This document shows positions 19,282 to 30,919 of a DNA stretch of 64,000 nt, one piece after another (the first letter of the stretch is position 1; every line of letters begins with the position of its first letter). The notes below the pieces were generated by a model. It was not told the origin of the DNA, did not search any database, and was given only the letters and a program-made list of their open reading frames with translations. The DNA is from Rickettsiales bacterium (GTDB lineage: Bacteria; Pseudomonadota; Alphaproteobacteria; Rickettsiales; UBA1997), in assembly GCA_947442475.1 (NCBI GenBank), contig CANEVP010000005.1:4308-68307 (forward strand), in the 5' to 3' direction. A program made the translations under genes and the position numbers.

Positions 19282-21084
19282 ATGCACTTCCCCAAAGATT
19301 TTCCAGAAAAACTGCGCTCTAGCATCTTGACCTCGGAAGTCGTTGGCAAAAAAGTAAAATTAAAAGCCCGCGGCCATGAATTTCAAGGCCTCTGCCCCTT
19401 TCATAATGAAAAATCTCCGTCATTCACCGTTAACGATTTAAAAGGTTTCTACCACTGTTTTGGCTGCGCCGAACATGGCGACGTGATTAGCTTTGTCATG
19501 AAAGTTGACGGGCTCGAATACAAAGATGCAGTAGCAAAATTGGCCGAAGATTTTGGCATTCCAATTCCCAAAGTAATCTTCAACGAAGCCAAGGAAAACG
19601 CGCTTGAACGCGATTATTTAATTTTAGAAAAAGCCTGCCAATTTTTTGAAAAAAATTTATACACCCAACAGGGATCAGAAGCCAGATCTTACTTAAAAAA
19701 ACGAAATTTAAATTCTACCAGTGCCAAAAAATTTCGCCTTGGTTTGTCACTTAATTCTTACGAGGCACTCGCTGATTTTCTAAAATCCGAAGGATTCTCT
19801 GACTTAGAAATATCTCGCACCGGCGTAATTGGTCAAAATGACCGCAAAAAACTCTACGACAAATTCAGAAATCGCGTGATGTTTCCAATCACCGATAAAA
19901 AAAATCGCGTTATTGCTTTCGGCGGTAGGTCAATTGGCGATGAAATGCCAAAATATTTAAACTCGTCAGAAACCGAATTTTTCAAAAAAAACCAAACTCT
20001 TTACAATTTTTTCTTCGCCCGCAAAGCCATATTTTCAAAGGGTTTTGCTGTGGTGGTTGAAGGCTACATGGACGCAATTGCGCTTGCCGATAACGGCATT
20101 GAAAACGTCGTGGCGGGTCTTGGTACCGCGCTTGGCACTGAGCATTTAAAAGATTTATTTTACGCCACCGACAAAATTATCGTGTGCTTAGATGGCGACG
20201 AAGCTGGCATTCGCGCCGCTAAACGTGTTTCAGAAATTGCTTTGCCATTGATTAACGCCAAGAAAAATATCGCTTTCGCAATACTCCCAAACCGCATGGA
20301 TCCTGATGATTTCATTAAAGAGTTTGGCGCGCGCGAACTAGAAAAAGTTTTTGAAAATGCCACGCCTCTTTCTGAAAGTCTGTTTGACTTCGCACTAATG
20401 GAGCTTGGAATCGACAAAAACAAAAAAATTTCGGCAGAAAATAAAGCCAAAATCGAGGGCAATTTAACCACTAAAATCGAGGCGATTAAAGACCCTTCTT
20501 CCAAAAAATATTTTGCACTTTTTTTCAAAGATCTGCTGTTTTTGCTGGGCAAGAATTTTGGCAAGAATCAGCCGCAAATTATTACTGGCGGCTTGATTAA
20601 AAATTACGCCAAACCAGCTAGCAATTTGGCTGACGCAATCGCACGAAATATTATTTCATTTATCGTGAAATTTCCAGAGCTGGCGCAGTTTCGTGACGAT
20701 GATTTTGACGTGCGCGAACTGCATTTTAGCAATGAAAATCTGACCCATTTAAAAGAGCTGGTGATTGAGGCGATTGAAAATAATCAGGAAAATTTGCTCG
20801 AGCCCCTTGAAAATTCTGACTTCAGTAAAGATATCCTTGAAATCAAGAATACCCTTGCGCGTCTTGGCACGCCTGATTTAGACTCGGTTTTAATTAAATT
20901 TCGCATTCTGCTTCTGAAAGATTTACTGCTTCAGGTAGAGCTGCAATACAAAGATTCTCTAGGCAAAATCGATGAAATTGAAACTCATCAAACCGCAATT
21001 ACCAACCAAAAAATTCGAGAAATTTTCGACTACAAAAACTCTCTAGAACAAAGAATTTTGTCTTTGGAGAAGGAAATAATTTAG
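19282..21084 (+). CDS. dnaG: DNA primase
   Basis: Zinc-finger region [13 protein letters not shown]…[11 protein letters not shown] and the TOPRIM region [12 protein letters not shown]…LDGDEAG. Followed by rpoD, the conserved dnaG-rpoD order. Confidence 0.9.
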   Translation: MHFPKDFPEKLRSSILTSEVVGKKVKLKARGHEFQGLCPFHNEKSPSFTVNDLKGFYHCFGCAEHGDVISFVMKVDGLEYKDAVAKLAEDFGIPIPKVIFNEAKENALERDYLILEKACQFFEKNLYTQQGSEARSYLKKRNLNSTSAKKFRLGLSLNSYEALADFLKSEGFSDLEISRTGVIGQNDRKKLYDKFRNRVMFPITDKKNRVIAFGGRSIGDEMPKYLNSSETEFFKKNQTLYNFFFARKAIFSKGFAVVVEGYMDAIALADNGIENVVAGLGTALGTEHLKDLFYATDKIIVCLDGDEAGIRAAKRVSEIALPLINAKKNIAFAILPNRMDPDDFIKEFGARELEKVFENATPLSESLFDFALMELGIDKNKKISAENKAKIEGNLTTKIEAIKDPSSKKYFALFFKDLLFLLGKNFGKNQPQIITGGLIKNYAKPASNLADAIARNIISFIVKFPELAQFRDDDFDVRELHFSNENLTHLKELVIEAIENNQENLLEPLENSDFSKDILEIKNTLARLGTPDLDSVLIKFRILLLKDLLLQVELQYKDSLGKIDEIETHQTAITNQKIREIFDYKNSLEQRILSLEKEII

Positions 21085-21119
21085 CACAATCCAACTTAGC
21101 AACAATTAACGAGGCAACA

Positions 21120-23549
21120 ATGGCGGCGAAGAAAAAACCAACTAAACCACTTAAAAAAATAGCGGCAAAAAAGCCGGCTGCAAAAAAAGTTGTTGCGAAA
21201 AAACCAGTTAAAAAAGTGGTTGCCACAAAAAGCAAAAAGCCGGCGGCGAAAGTTGTAAAGAAAGTTGCAAAGCCAGCTAAGCCCGTAAAAAAAGTTGCAG
21301 CAAAACCTGCAAAAAAAGCGGTAAAAATTGTAGTTAAGAAAAAAATTCAGCCAAAAAAAGTTGAGAAAAAAATCGAGAAAAAGTCAGCAAAAGCTGTGGC
21401 CAAAAAGCCGGTAAAAATTGTTGAAAAAGCTAAGAAAAAACCAGTCAAAGAAAAGCCAGTAAAGGTGAAGGCTAAAAAAGAACCAAAGCCAAAAAAAGAA
21501 AAAGTTAAGAAAGAACCTAAGCCAAAAAAAGAGAAAAAAGTAAAAGTTAAAATCCCGGTTAACGACAGAACTGTGGCTCTTGCCGAGAGATTTCAATTGA
21601 TTCAAGACGTGCGTTCAGCTTTGCAAAAAAAAGATGACGACGGCAAACAATTTTCAAATGATCTCGCTGACAAGTTAAAAAAACTTTTAGCACTTGGCAA
21701 AACTCAAGGCTTTTTGACTCACGAACAAATCAACGAAACCATCGATTCTGACATCGATCCGCGTAAGCTTGATCGTATCTTGGATATTTTGGGCGAGTTC
21801 AAAATTTTGATCGTCGAAAAAGAAGACGATCTCGACAAATTAGCTGAAGAAGGTCAAGCCGCTAAAGACGAAGAAAAAAGCCAAAAGCGTTCGGAAGATT
21901 CAGTTAAAACCTACCTCAAATCAATGAGCACGGTGAAACTTTTGACTCGTGAAGACGAAGTTTCAATCGCCATGCGAATTGAAGAAGGCCGCAACAAAAC
22001 CGTAAAATCACTTTACCAAAGCCCACTAATCATGCGCCACTTTATTGAGTGGTACAATGGCTTGGCGAACGGCACGATTCTTTTGCGCGACATCATTCGT
22101 ATTGACGAAACCTACAACGCCGAGCTTGAAGAAATTATCCGTAACAACGATTTGCAAGCAGCCGAAGCTGAGGCCGAAGCGCAAGCAAATTCCGAAGAAG
22201 ATGTAACTGCAATCATTAACCAACAAGTTGATGCGGCAGAAGCTTCAGAAGAGTCTTTGTTTGAAGATGAAAACTTGGATGAAATTGACGAAAGTGTGGT
22301 GTCATTCGTTTCAATGGAACGTATTTTGATGCCGAAAATGTTGGATCTTTTCCAAAAAATTTCGCACGTCTGCCAAAAAATAATCGACAAGTCGAACAGC
22401 CGCACTTACGAGCAAATCAAAACTGATAAAGATATTTTGAAGCTAAAAGGCGATTTCGAAAAACTTTTGCTCGAAGTAAGTTTCAATGATTCATTGATTA
22501 AAGCTCTAGTTGAGCAGCTTTACGAAGCTCAGCAAAAACTTTTAAGCATTGAAATTGATTTGCTGCGCACCGCACAAAGCCACGGCATCGACAAAACAGA
22601 TTTCTTGAAAAACTACCCAGGAGTTGAGACCGGCGAAGAATGGCTGAAAAAAATCGCCGCTTTGAAAGATAAAAAATGGCATGTTTTTGCTTCAGAAAGC
22701 CGTGAAAAAATTATCGAAATTCAAGGCCGAATTGCCAAGTTCACCAAAATCATGGGGCTTGCAGTTGCGGACTTCAAAGTGCTAATCAACACACTGCGTC
22801 GCAGCCAAGAAGAAGAATTAAAAGCTAAAAAAGAAATGATTGAAGCCAACCTGCGTTTGGTGGTTTCGATTGCAAAAAAATACACTAACCGCGGTTTGCA
22901 ATTTTTGGATTTGATCCAAGAAGGAAATATCGGCCTAATGCGCGCTGTGGATAAATTTGAATATCGCCGTGGTTACAAGTTCTCAACTTACGCTACTTGG
23001 TGGATCAGACAAGCCATTACTCGCGCTATTGCCGATCAATCTCGCACCATCCGTATTCCAATTCACATGGTTGAGACGATTAACAAAATCGTTAAAACTT
23101 CTCGCCAACTAACTCAAGAACTAGGTAGAACCCCCGACGCGCAAGAAATTGCTGATCGTTTGTTAATGCCAGTAGATAAAGTTAGAAAAGTTTTGAGAAC
23201 TTCGAAAGATCCGGTGAGCCTTGAATCTCCTGTCTCTGGAGACGATGATGACAGCGTGCTTGGTGACTTCATTGAAGACAAAACCGCCGTTCTTCCCTTT
23301 GACGCCGCCTCACACTCTAAATTGAAAGAAGTTACCGCCCAAATGCTTTCATCTTTGACGCCTCGTGAAGAACGCGTGCTTAGAATGCGCTTTGGTATTG
23401 GCATGGTGACCGATCACACTTTGGAAGAAGTGGGCAAACAATTTTCAGTAACGCGTGAACGGATCAGACAAATTGAAGCGAAAGCTTTGAAGAAGTTGCA
23501 ACATCCAAAAAGAGCGAAGTTGTTGAAGAGTTTTTTGAATGATATTTAA
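21120..23549 (+). CDS. rpoD: RNA polymerase sigma-70 factor RpoD with Lys/Ala/Pro-rich N-terminal extension
   Basis: 809 aa. Regions 2-4 are canonical: [72 protein letters not shown] and [24 protein letters not shown]. The first ~145 aa are KKPAAKK/KPKKEK repeats. Confidence 0.95.
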   Translation: MAAKKKPTKPLKKIAAKKPAAKKVVAKKPVKKVVATKSKKPAAKVVKKVAKPAKPVKKVAAKPAKKAVKIVVKKKIQPKKVEKKIEKKSAKAVAKKPVKIVEKAKKKPVKEKPVKVKAKKEPKPKKEKVKKEPKPKKEKKVKVKIPVNDRTVALAERFQLIQDVRSALQKKDDDGKQFSNDLADKLKKLLALGKTQGFLTHEQINETIDSDIDPRKLDRILDILGEFKILIVEKEDDLDKLAEEGQAAKDEEKSQKRSEDSVKTYLKSMSTVKLLTREDEVSIAMRIEEGRNKTVKSLYQSPLIMRHFIEWYNGLANGTILLRDIIRIDETYNAELEEIIRNNDLQAAEAEAEAQANSEEDVTAIINQQVDAAEASEESLFEDENLDEIDESVVSFVSMERILMPKMLDLFQKISHVCQKIIDKSNSRTYEQIKTDKDILKLKGDFEKLLLEVSFNDSLIKALVEQLYEAQQKLLSIEIDLLRTAQSHGIDKTDFLKNYPGVETGEEWLKKIAALKDKKWHVFASESREKIIEIQGRIAKFTKIMGLAVADFKVLINTLRRSQEEELKAKKEMIEANLRLVVSIAKKYTNRGLQFLDLIQEGNIGLMRAVDKFEYRRGYKFSTYATWWIRQAITRAIADQSRTIRIPIHMVETINKIVKTSRQLTQELGRTPDAQEIADRLLMPVDKVRKVLRTSKDPVSLESPVSGDDDDSVLGDFIEDKTAVLPFDAASHSKLKEVTAQMLSSLTPREERVLRMRFGIGMVTDHTLEEVGKQFSVTRERIRQIEAKALKKLQHPKRAKLLKSFLNDI

Positions 23550-23651
23550 AAAACTAATACCGAATTCTGCTCACAACGTCCCCCGTCATTCGACGGGGCG
23601 ACAAGCTGGAAGATGCAGTCAAAGGTTACGAACTCATTTCCAAGAAATATT

Positions 23652-24101
23652 ATGAAAGGAAAATTTCTAGCGGCATTTTTTTTATTGAGTTCGACAATTT
23701 TTTTTACAAATTCCTACGCCAAGCAAACTGAAATTGCTGACGACAATGCTGTTCTTGAATACAGATCAGAAGGCCGAGGGTCAAAACAAGAGGTCTTGAT
23801 CCAAAAGAATAAAATCTTCACTAAAACAAGAGATTTGGCAATCTATAATCAGAAAGAAGCCGTCATTTCACAAAAAGATTGGGAGGAATTGATTGCTCTT
23901 TTGCACAAAATCGACATAAAAAAAATTCCTAGCTTCAAAGCCCCAACCGATGAGCGAGCCCTCGACGGAGCTCAATACGCCTATTTTAAAGTTATTTACC
24001 AAAATAAAACTTACGAAACTAAAGACTTCGACAACGGCCACCCTCCATTAGAAATCGAGGAGTTAATTAAAAAAATTACTTCTCTGGAAAGCCATAATTA
24101 A
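23652..24101 (+). CDS. Hypothetical secreted protein
   Basis: Start at the internal ATG (MKGKFLAAFFLLSS…SYA|K signal peptide). No recognisable domain. Confidence 0.45.
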   Translation: MKGKFLAAFFLLSSTIFFTNSYAKQTEIADDNAVLEYRSEGRGSKQEVLIQKNKIFTKTRDLAIYNQKEAVISQKDWEELIALLHKIDIKKIPSFKAPTDERALDGAQYAYFKVIYQNKTYETKDFDNGHPPLEIEELIKKITSLESHN

Positions 24102-24152
24102 AAAAATCCGTCACTCTGTCGAACGAAGAGTCCATCTCGTAACAAATATACA

Positions 24153-24722
24153 CTACTGGCTTCTCTTCAAAAACTCGCGAATCTCATCCATCGAAAACTC
24201 CTGCAAATTGCCCTTAAACCGCAAAACAACATTACCCCTTTTATCCACGATCAAAGTTTCCGGCACCGCTTCTAGGCCAGTTATTTTGGTGAATAATCCA
24301 CGACTATCTTTGGCGACTTTTTTGTAAGGATTACCCGCCTCTTCCAAATATTTTTTTGTATTGTCGTCAATGTCGCGCCAAGCCACACCGTAAATATCAA
24401 CGATTCCCTCGCTTTTTAAACGCAACAAAATGTCATGTTCGGCCCGACAAGTTGTGCACCAAGAAGCGAAAAAATTTATCACAGAATATTTACCAATTAG
24501 ATCTTTTTTGGAAAATTCTTCGCTCTCGTTAAAGAGATCCGGCAAAGAAAATTCCGGCAAAGAAATGTTGGTTTTTGCGAAGCGCATTTCTGAAGGTTGC
24601 GATGCCTCACCAGCGCTTGGCAATTCTTGCTCTACCGCCTCTTTCTTATTTAGATTGTAGGTCGAAATTCCAATTAAGCTGACCAAAAAAATCAGCGTTA
24701 AAAATGGTAAAAATTTTTTCAT
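24153..24722 (-). CDS. ccmG: Thiol:disulfide interchange protein, CcmG/DsbE (TlpA-like thioredoxin)
   Basis: 189 aa. N-terminal membrane anchor, the redox motif [14 protein letters not shown], and the downstream GNPY…D…G…G…PET pattern typical of CcmG. Confidence 0.8.
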   Translation of the reverse strand: MKKFLPFLTLIFLVSLIGISTYNLNKKEAVEQELPSAGEASQPSEMRFAKTNISLPEFSLPDLFNESEEFSKKDLIGKYSVINFFASWCTTCRAEHDILLRLKSEGIVDIYGVAWRDIDDNTKKYLEEAGNPYKKVAKDSRGLFTKITGLEAVPETLIVDKRGNVVLRFKGNLQEFSMDEIREFLKRSQ

Positions 24723-24725
24723 AAA

Positions 24726-25844
24726 ATGCAGATGATTAGAGATTTTTCGTTCAAATTAAAAAGCAGTCAAAAGAAAGCAAGGCGTGGCGAAGTGACCACA
24801 GCTCACGGCAGCATACAAACGCCAGCTTTTATGCCTGTAGGCACTGCAGCCACTGTAAAAGCAATGAAATTTGTGGATGTAAAAAATTCTGGCGCTGAAA
24901 TTATTTTGGGTAATACTTACCACCTCATGCTGCGCCCAACAGCCGAGCTAATTTTTGAGCTTGGAGGTTTGCACAAATTTATGAATTGGGACAAGCCAAT
25001 TCTCACCGACTCGGGCGGATTTCAAGTAATGTCACTTTCCAAAATCAGAAAAATTTCTGACGCCGGAGTAGAGTTTTCGTCGCATCTCGACGGCTCAAAA
25101 CATTTTGTGAGCCCTGAGCGTTCAATTGAAATTCAGCATTTACTAGGCTCTGACATTACAATGATTTTTGATGAATGTGTGCAATTTCCTGCGACTTTTC
25201 AACAAGCCAAAGATGCGATGGATCGTTCTTTGCTTTGGGCTGCGCGCTCAAAAAACGCTTTTAAAAAACGTGACGGCTACGGAATTTTTGGAATTGTTCA
25301 GGGTTCAACTTTCAAAGATCTGCGCGAAATTTCTGCCGCAAAATTAATTGAAATCGGCTTTGACGGCTACGCGCTGGGAGGCCTCGCCGTTGGCGAAGGA
25401 CAAGAAGAAATGTTTGCCGTGCTTGATTACGCACCAGATTTATTGCCGCAAGACAAGCCGCGCTACTTGATGGGAGTAGGCAAACCCTCCGACATTGTTG
25501 GCGCTGTCGCTCGCGGCATTGACATGTTTGACTGCGTAATGCCAACTAGATCGGGCCGCACCGGACAAGCATTTACGCGCCTTGGTGCCATTAACATTAG
25601 AAATGCCAAATACAAAACCGACGAAAAACCACTCGACGAAAAATGCGCCTGCTACGCCTGCAAAAACCACAGCCGCGCCTATTTGCACCACCTAGACAAA
25701 GCGCAAGAAATGCTGGCGCCAATGCTGCTTTCTGAGCACAATATTTTTTACTACCAAGATTTAATGAAAGACATCCGAGCCGCCATTGAAGAGGGAAATT
25801 TTGAAGAATTTGCACGCGGTTTTTTTGCAAAAAAAGAGGAGTAA
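24726..25844 (+). CDS. tgt: Queuine tRNA-ribosyltransferase (tRNA-guanine transglycosylase)
   Basis: 372 aa with [46 protein letters not shown] and the Zn site CxCxxC…H ([16 protein letters not shown]). Confidence 0.92.
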   Translation: MQMIRDFSFKLKSSQKKARRGEVTTAHGSIQTPAFMPVGTAATVKAMKFVDVKNSGAEIILGNTYHLMLRPTAELIFELGGLHKFMNWDKPILTDSGGFQVMSLSKIRKISDAGVEFSSHLDGSKHFVSPERSIEIQHLLGSDITMIFDECVQFPATFQQAKDAMDRSLLWAARSKNAFKKRDGYGIFGIVQGSTFKDLREISAAKLIEIGFDGYALGGLAVGEGQEEMFAVLDYAPDLLPQDKPRYLMGVGKPSDIVGAVARGIDMFDCVMPTRSGRTGQAFTRLGAINIRNAKYKTDEKPLDEKCACYACKNHSRAYLHHLDKAQEMLAPMLLSEHNIFYYQDLMKDIRAAIEEGNFEEFARGFFAKKEE

Positions 25845-25863
25845 AATTTAGAGTTTTTTTGAG

Positions 25864-25891
25864 CAATTTTGAACCACGTGGTTCAAAATTG
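25864..25891. promoter_or_regulatory. 28-bp perfect palindrome (candidate operator, or a terminator without a U-run)
   Basis: caattttgaaccac|gtggttcaaaattg is its own reverse complement. Lies 20 nt after the tgt stop and 44 nt upstream of the nuclease-fusion ORF. Confidence 0.4.
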
Positions 25892-25934
25892 AGCAACACG
25901 TTACCAAACCACTAAATTCAAAGCTTGAGGTCAG

Positions 25935-26921
25935 ATGGAAATTAGCCTAAATAATTACGAAAATTTGCTTTTTCTGGTTCAAAAAACCATTCAAAAAACC
26001 GAGCAAAATATTGTTAAAAGTGTCAACCGACAAAAAGTGGTAATGAGTTGGGAGTTAGGAAAAATACTCGACAAACACTTGGTGCAAAACAACCGCACCA
26101 AATACGGTGAAAAATTAATTGCCCAGCTTTCGCAAGACATTTCGATTTCAGAGAGAATTCTCTACCAAATGCGCGCCTTCTACAAAACCTATCCGACTCT
26201 GCCAAACGAGGAAGCATCTTTGAGTTGGAGTCACTACCGCAATTTAATTTCAGTTGGCAGCGACAGTAAAAGAAAATATCTCGAAGATTTAACTCTGAGA
26301 AAAAAACTAGATTCAGCGCAACTTCAGAAAAAAATTTCTCATTCTCACGCCACTAAAAAACCCAAAAAATCCGTCCCATTTAGCGTCACACGCGGACAGC
26401 TTTATGCCTACAAACTTGTAACTTTTGCCGATTCTTCAGAGCGCTTTGTTGATTGCGGATTTAATGTTTTTGTTAAGGTAAAAACTTCGCTTGCAGGTGA
26501 GGGGCAAATTGTTGAATCGGTGAAAAAAGGTGCAGATTTTGGCTGCAAAAAATCCAACAAAAAACCGGCCGAAATTCACACCTACAAAGCCAAACTAGAG
26601 CGCGTGGTTGACGGCGACACTATTCACGTGACGCTGGATTTAGGATTTGACATTCGCCACAAGGAAATTTTGCGTTTGGCAAAAATTAATGCGCCGGAAA
26701 TGACGACGTTAGCGGGGAAAAAGAGCGCGGAAGTTTTGCAAAATATTTTGAAAAATGTCTCGGCTTTGGTGATTAAAACTAACAAGACAGACATTTACGG
26801 GCGCTACATTGCTGATATTTTTTTTAGTGCAAGCGGTGAAACAGATTTGCAGAAGATTGCGGATGAGGGAGCTTATTTGAATCAGATGTTGTTTGATTTG
26901 GGAGCAGTTGAGGAGTATTAA
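25935..26921 (+). CDS. DUF1016(YhcG)-N-terminal domain fused to a staphylococcal-nuclease (SNase/thermonuclease) domain
   Basis: 328 aa. The N-terminus matches the YhcG N-terminal helical domain pattern (WELGKIL…YGEKLIAQLSQDI…YQMRAFYKTYP…LSWSHYRNLI). The C-terminal ~110 aa have the SNase pattern (RVVDGDTIHV…LRLAKINAPE…DIYGRYIADIF). Confidence 0.6.
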   Translation: MEISLNNYENLLFLVQKTIQKTEQNIVKSVNRQKVVMSWELGKILDKHLVQNNRTKYGEKLIAQLSQDISISERILYQMRAFYKTYPTLPNEEASLSWSHYRNLISVGSDSKRKYLEDLTLRKKLDSAQLQKKISHSHATKKPKKSVPFSVTRGQLYAYKLVTFADSSERFVDCGFNVFVKVKTSLAGEGQIVESVKKGADFGCKKSNKKPAEIHTYKAKLERVVDGDTIHVTLDLGFDIRHKEILRLAKINAPEMTTLAGKKSAEVLQNILKNVSALVIKTNKTDIYGRYIADIFFSASGETDLQKIADEGAYLNQMLFDLGAVEEY

Positions 26922-27056
26922 AATTAGTTAATTATTCACGAACTCAAACTCATTTTGACCCAAATCCAGAAAACCAATTGCTTGAAAAAATCACAACCCT
27001 ATCCCAAGCCCCAGCCGTTTTTTAAGGGCTAAAACTTTTAACAAATTCTCAAATTT

Positions 27057-27584
27057 ATGAAAAAACTTTTTACCTCTTTCGTCCTTGCAGCGCTTTGCTC
27101 TTTGCCAGTAAATGCTCAAGAAGCTCCTGCCAGTTCAACTGCAACTCAACCTGCAACAATTGCGTCTGGAAAAAATCAGCCTCCTGTAAAGAAAAATCTT
27201 TCGACCGAAGAAAGAATTAAAATGAAAGACACCAATGCTGCAAAATTGCAAAGCGCCTCTCCAGAAGAAAAACAAAAAATGATGGAGCACCGCGAAAAAG
27301 CAGAAAACATGAGCCCAGAAGAACGTGAAAAAATGAAAGCCCAAAAAATGGAAAAGAAAGAACTTAGAGAAGAGAAAAAAGAAGCCAGACAAGAAAAATA
27401 CAACAACGCTTCACCGGAAATGAAAGCCAAAATGGATGAGAACCGCGCCGTAATGGAAAAACTTTCTCCTGAAAAAAGAGAAGCAGCAAAAGCTGAAATG
27501 AAACGCCACCGCGAAGCAATGAAAGCAATCACTGGCGTTGAATTGCCAATGCCTCCACAACCAAATACTAACCAACAACACTAA
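27057..27584 (+). CDS. Secreted K/E-rich repeat protein (Spy/CpxP/ZraP-like composition)
   Basis: 175 aa. Signal peptide (…LPVNA|QE), then four iterations of an (A/M/L)SPE(E/M/K)-K/R-x-K/A-M-K helical motif and a Pro/Gln tail. Family assignment not secure. Confidence 0.5.
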   Translation: MKKLFTSFVLAALCSLPVNAQEAPASSTATQPATIASGKNQPPVKKNLSTEERIKMKDTNAAKLQSASPEEKQKMMEHREKAENMSPEEREKMKAQKMEKKELREEKKEARQEKYNNASPEMKAKMDENRAVMEKLSPEKREAAKAEMKRHREAMKAITGVELPMPPQPNTNQQH

Positions 27585-27621
27585 TCTCTTGCGACTCGTC
27601 TCACCCACGCGAGTCCTACTA

Positions 27622-27777
27622 CTACTTCTTGCTGCCCTCATTGTAGTGAAAAGCCTTCTTGGCAATCGTCCCCAGCACCTTCACTTTCCGCGACTCTTCC
27701 GTGAGGTAATCCTTAGCCTTATTAAAAAAAGGAATCGCCAACATGATTAAGACGATGATTAAAATGATGCGAAACAT
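27622..27777 (-). CDS. Possible small single-TM membrane protein
   Basis: 51 aa from the internal Met (MFRIILIIVLIMLAIPFF…), with a basic C-terminal half. No recognisable family; could be non-coding. Confidence 0.25.
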   Translation of the reverse strand: MFRIILIIVLIMLAIPFFNKAKDYLTEESRKVKVLGTIAKKAFHYNEGSKK

Positions 27778-27829
27778 TGGCGTTTTTAAAGATTGGAAAT
27801 TGACATTTTTTCTCACGAAAGAAAACTAA

Positions 27830-29155
<1,326 letters not shown>

Positions 29156-29163
29156 AACAACGC

Positions 29164-30006
29164 ATGTCTCGCATCAGCTACTTAAACGGTGAATTTTTGC
29201 CTCACGAAAATTGCTTGGTTCACATTGAAGATCGAGGCTTTCAATTTGCCGACGGGGTTTACGAGGTTACGCTTTTTAAAAATGGCAAATTAATCGACGG
29301 CGAGCCTCATTTAGAAAGGCTTTTTAGAAGTTTACGCGAGATGAAAATTGAGCATGATTTTAAAAAAGAAGATTTGCGCAAAATGCAAATTGAACTTTTC
29401 GCCAAAAACCAAATGAGTGAAGGAATTTGCTACCTGCAAATCACGCGCGGCGCGACAAATCGCGTGCCGTTTTTTCCAAAAAATTTAACTCCGACAATTT
29501 CAGCAACTGTTGCTTTGGGCAAAAAATTAACAGAAGAAGAATTTGAAAAAGGCGTTTCAGTAATGACCCACGAAGACATCCGCTGGAAGCGCTGCGACAT
29601 TAAATCTATCGCACTATTTGCTTCGAGTTTTCTAAACCAAAAAGCCAAAGATCTTGGTTTTGACGACGCAATTTTTGTGCGTGACGGCGTTGTAACGGAA
29701 GGAAGTTTTGCTAATGCTTTTATTGTTGATGCGGCGGGAACCGTTGTTACCAGAGGTGCTGACAATTTAATTCTTTGCGGCATTACCAGAAATCGCCTAA
29801 TTGAATTTGCTAAAGCGGCTAAAATAAAAGTTGAAGAAAGAGATTTCGACGTTGCTGAGTTAATGACGGCGCAGGAAGTGTTTTTGACTAGTTCAAGCTT
29901 GATTGTGCGTCCGGTTACGAAGGTAGATGGGAAAGTTGTAGGAACGGGAAAAGCAGGAAAAGTTGCGCGGGTTTTGAGCGAGTCTTACAAGAACTTTATT
30001 GGGTAA
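29164..30006 (+). CDS. dat: Class IV aminotransferase, D-amino-acid transaminase-like
   Basis: 280 aa with EDRGFQFADGVYEV, YLQITRG and EGSFANAF motifs of fold-type IV PLP enzymes. The D-Ala versus branched-chain choice is not resolved. Confidence 0.7.
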   Translation: MSRISYLNGEFLPHENCLVHIEDRGFQFADGVYEVTLFKNGKLIDGEPHLERLFRSLREMKIEHDFKKEDLRKMQIELFAKNQMSEGICYLQITRGATNRVPFFPKNLTPTISATVALGKKLTEEEFEKGVSVMTHEDIRWKRCDIKSIALFASSFLNQKAKDLGFDDAIFVRDGVVTEGSFANAFIVDAAGTVVTRGADNLILCGITRNRLIEFAKAAKIKVEERDFDVAELMTAQEVFLTSSSLIVRPVTKVDGKVVGTGKAGKVARVLSESYKNFIG

Positions 30007-30051
30007 AAAAGAAATCGAGTTTGGAATGGCTGTTAGCAAGTACTTACTAAA

Positions 30052-30918
30052 TTAAGAAATCGTAAGATTATATTTCTGACCCAAATAAGTCTCCACCACC
30101 TGACGTTCCGTTGTTTGCAGCGCGCGGCTAAAGATGATTATTTCAGCAATGTCGCCATTTAAATAATGAGTTAAATATCTGCCAATCGCAGCTCCCGAAT
30201 AAGATGTTAAAGCTGAGTTAAACCCAACTCCAGCATCGTCCGCAGTGCCTCCACCATTGATCCAATATTTTTGACCAGCAGCCACATTAAACCAGAAGGT
30301 GTGAATTCTTGGCGTCGGGCTGGAATAAGCAGCGAGGGTAAAATCATTAAAAACACCGCTGGAATGAGCTTGAGTAATTGTGGTGTCTGAGCGGTAGCCT
30401 AAATGTAAATTGCCATTTGCAGCAGCGCTGTCGCCTCCCAAAAACATCATTTGACTGGTACTTGCTCTTCTTTGCTCGACCACAAAAATTGTGTAGGAAG
30501 AGCCAATTAGGGATGAGCCGTCAAAAGTTAAAAAATCATTAACTCCGTCAAATCTAATGGCCGGAAGCGATTCATTGAAAACTTTTTCGTAAAATTTTGG
30601 CTTACTGCTTGCGCTGGTTTGCGTCGCATTATTTTTAGATGCGGCATTTGAGCTATTGTCTTGCCAGACGCTGATTGAGCCGCCGTCAACTTGTTCTGAG
30701 AAAAGGAAGGAGCTTTCCAACGCGGTTTCGTACCAAATCGCCAAGTCGGCAATATCTTTCACTGAAGAATTTTGGGTAATGGTTTGAGCCGTTGAAAGTC
30801 GAGCCTTTAGAAACATCGCCTGCGACTTTATCACCCCAGCCACAATGGCAGCAATGATTGCCAAAACGACCGAGATTTCGACCAAGGAAAAGGCCGTGCG
30901 CAGAGATTTTTTTGGCAT
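30052..30918 (-). CDS. Modular type IV pilin-like protein: prepilin-type N-terminus plus LamG/concanavalin-like lectin module
   Basis: 288 aa. The N-terminus MPKKSLRTA|FSLVEISVVLAIIAAIVAGV fits the class III signal / N-methylation consensus except for Ala instead of Gly at -1. The C-terminal ~190 aa have the LamG_3 pattern (IRFDGVNDFLTF…YTIFVV…GDIAEIIIFSRALQTTERQVVETYLGQKY). Confidence 0.7.
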   Translation of the reverse strand: MPKKSLRTAFSLVEISVVLAIIAAIVAGVIKSQAMFLKARLSTAQTITQNSSVKDIADLAIWYETALESSFLFSEQVDGGSISVWQDNSSNAASKNNATQTSASSKPKFYEKVFNESLPAIRFDGVNDFLTFDGSSLIGSSYTIFVVEQRRASTSQMMFLGGDSAAANGNLHLGYRSDTTITQAHSSGVFNDFTLAAYSSPTPRIHTFWFNVAAGQKYWINGGGTADDAGVGFNSALTSYSGAAIGRYLTHYLNGDIAEIIIFSRALQTTERQVVETYLGQKYNLTIS

Positions 30919-30919
30919 T

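Noticed and set aside
20999-21605. Minus-strand ORFs (78 and 73 aa) rich in Phe opposite the rpoD 5' region.
   Set aside because: They are the complement of the AAG/AAA lysine repeats (TTT/CTT gives Phe/Leu). This is an artefact of low-complexity coding sequence.
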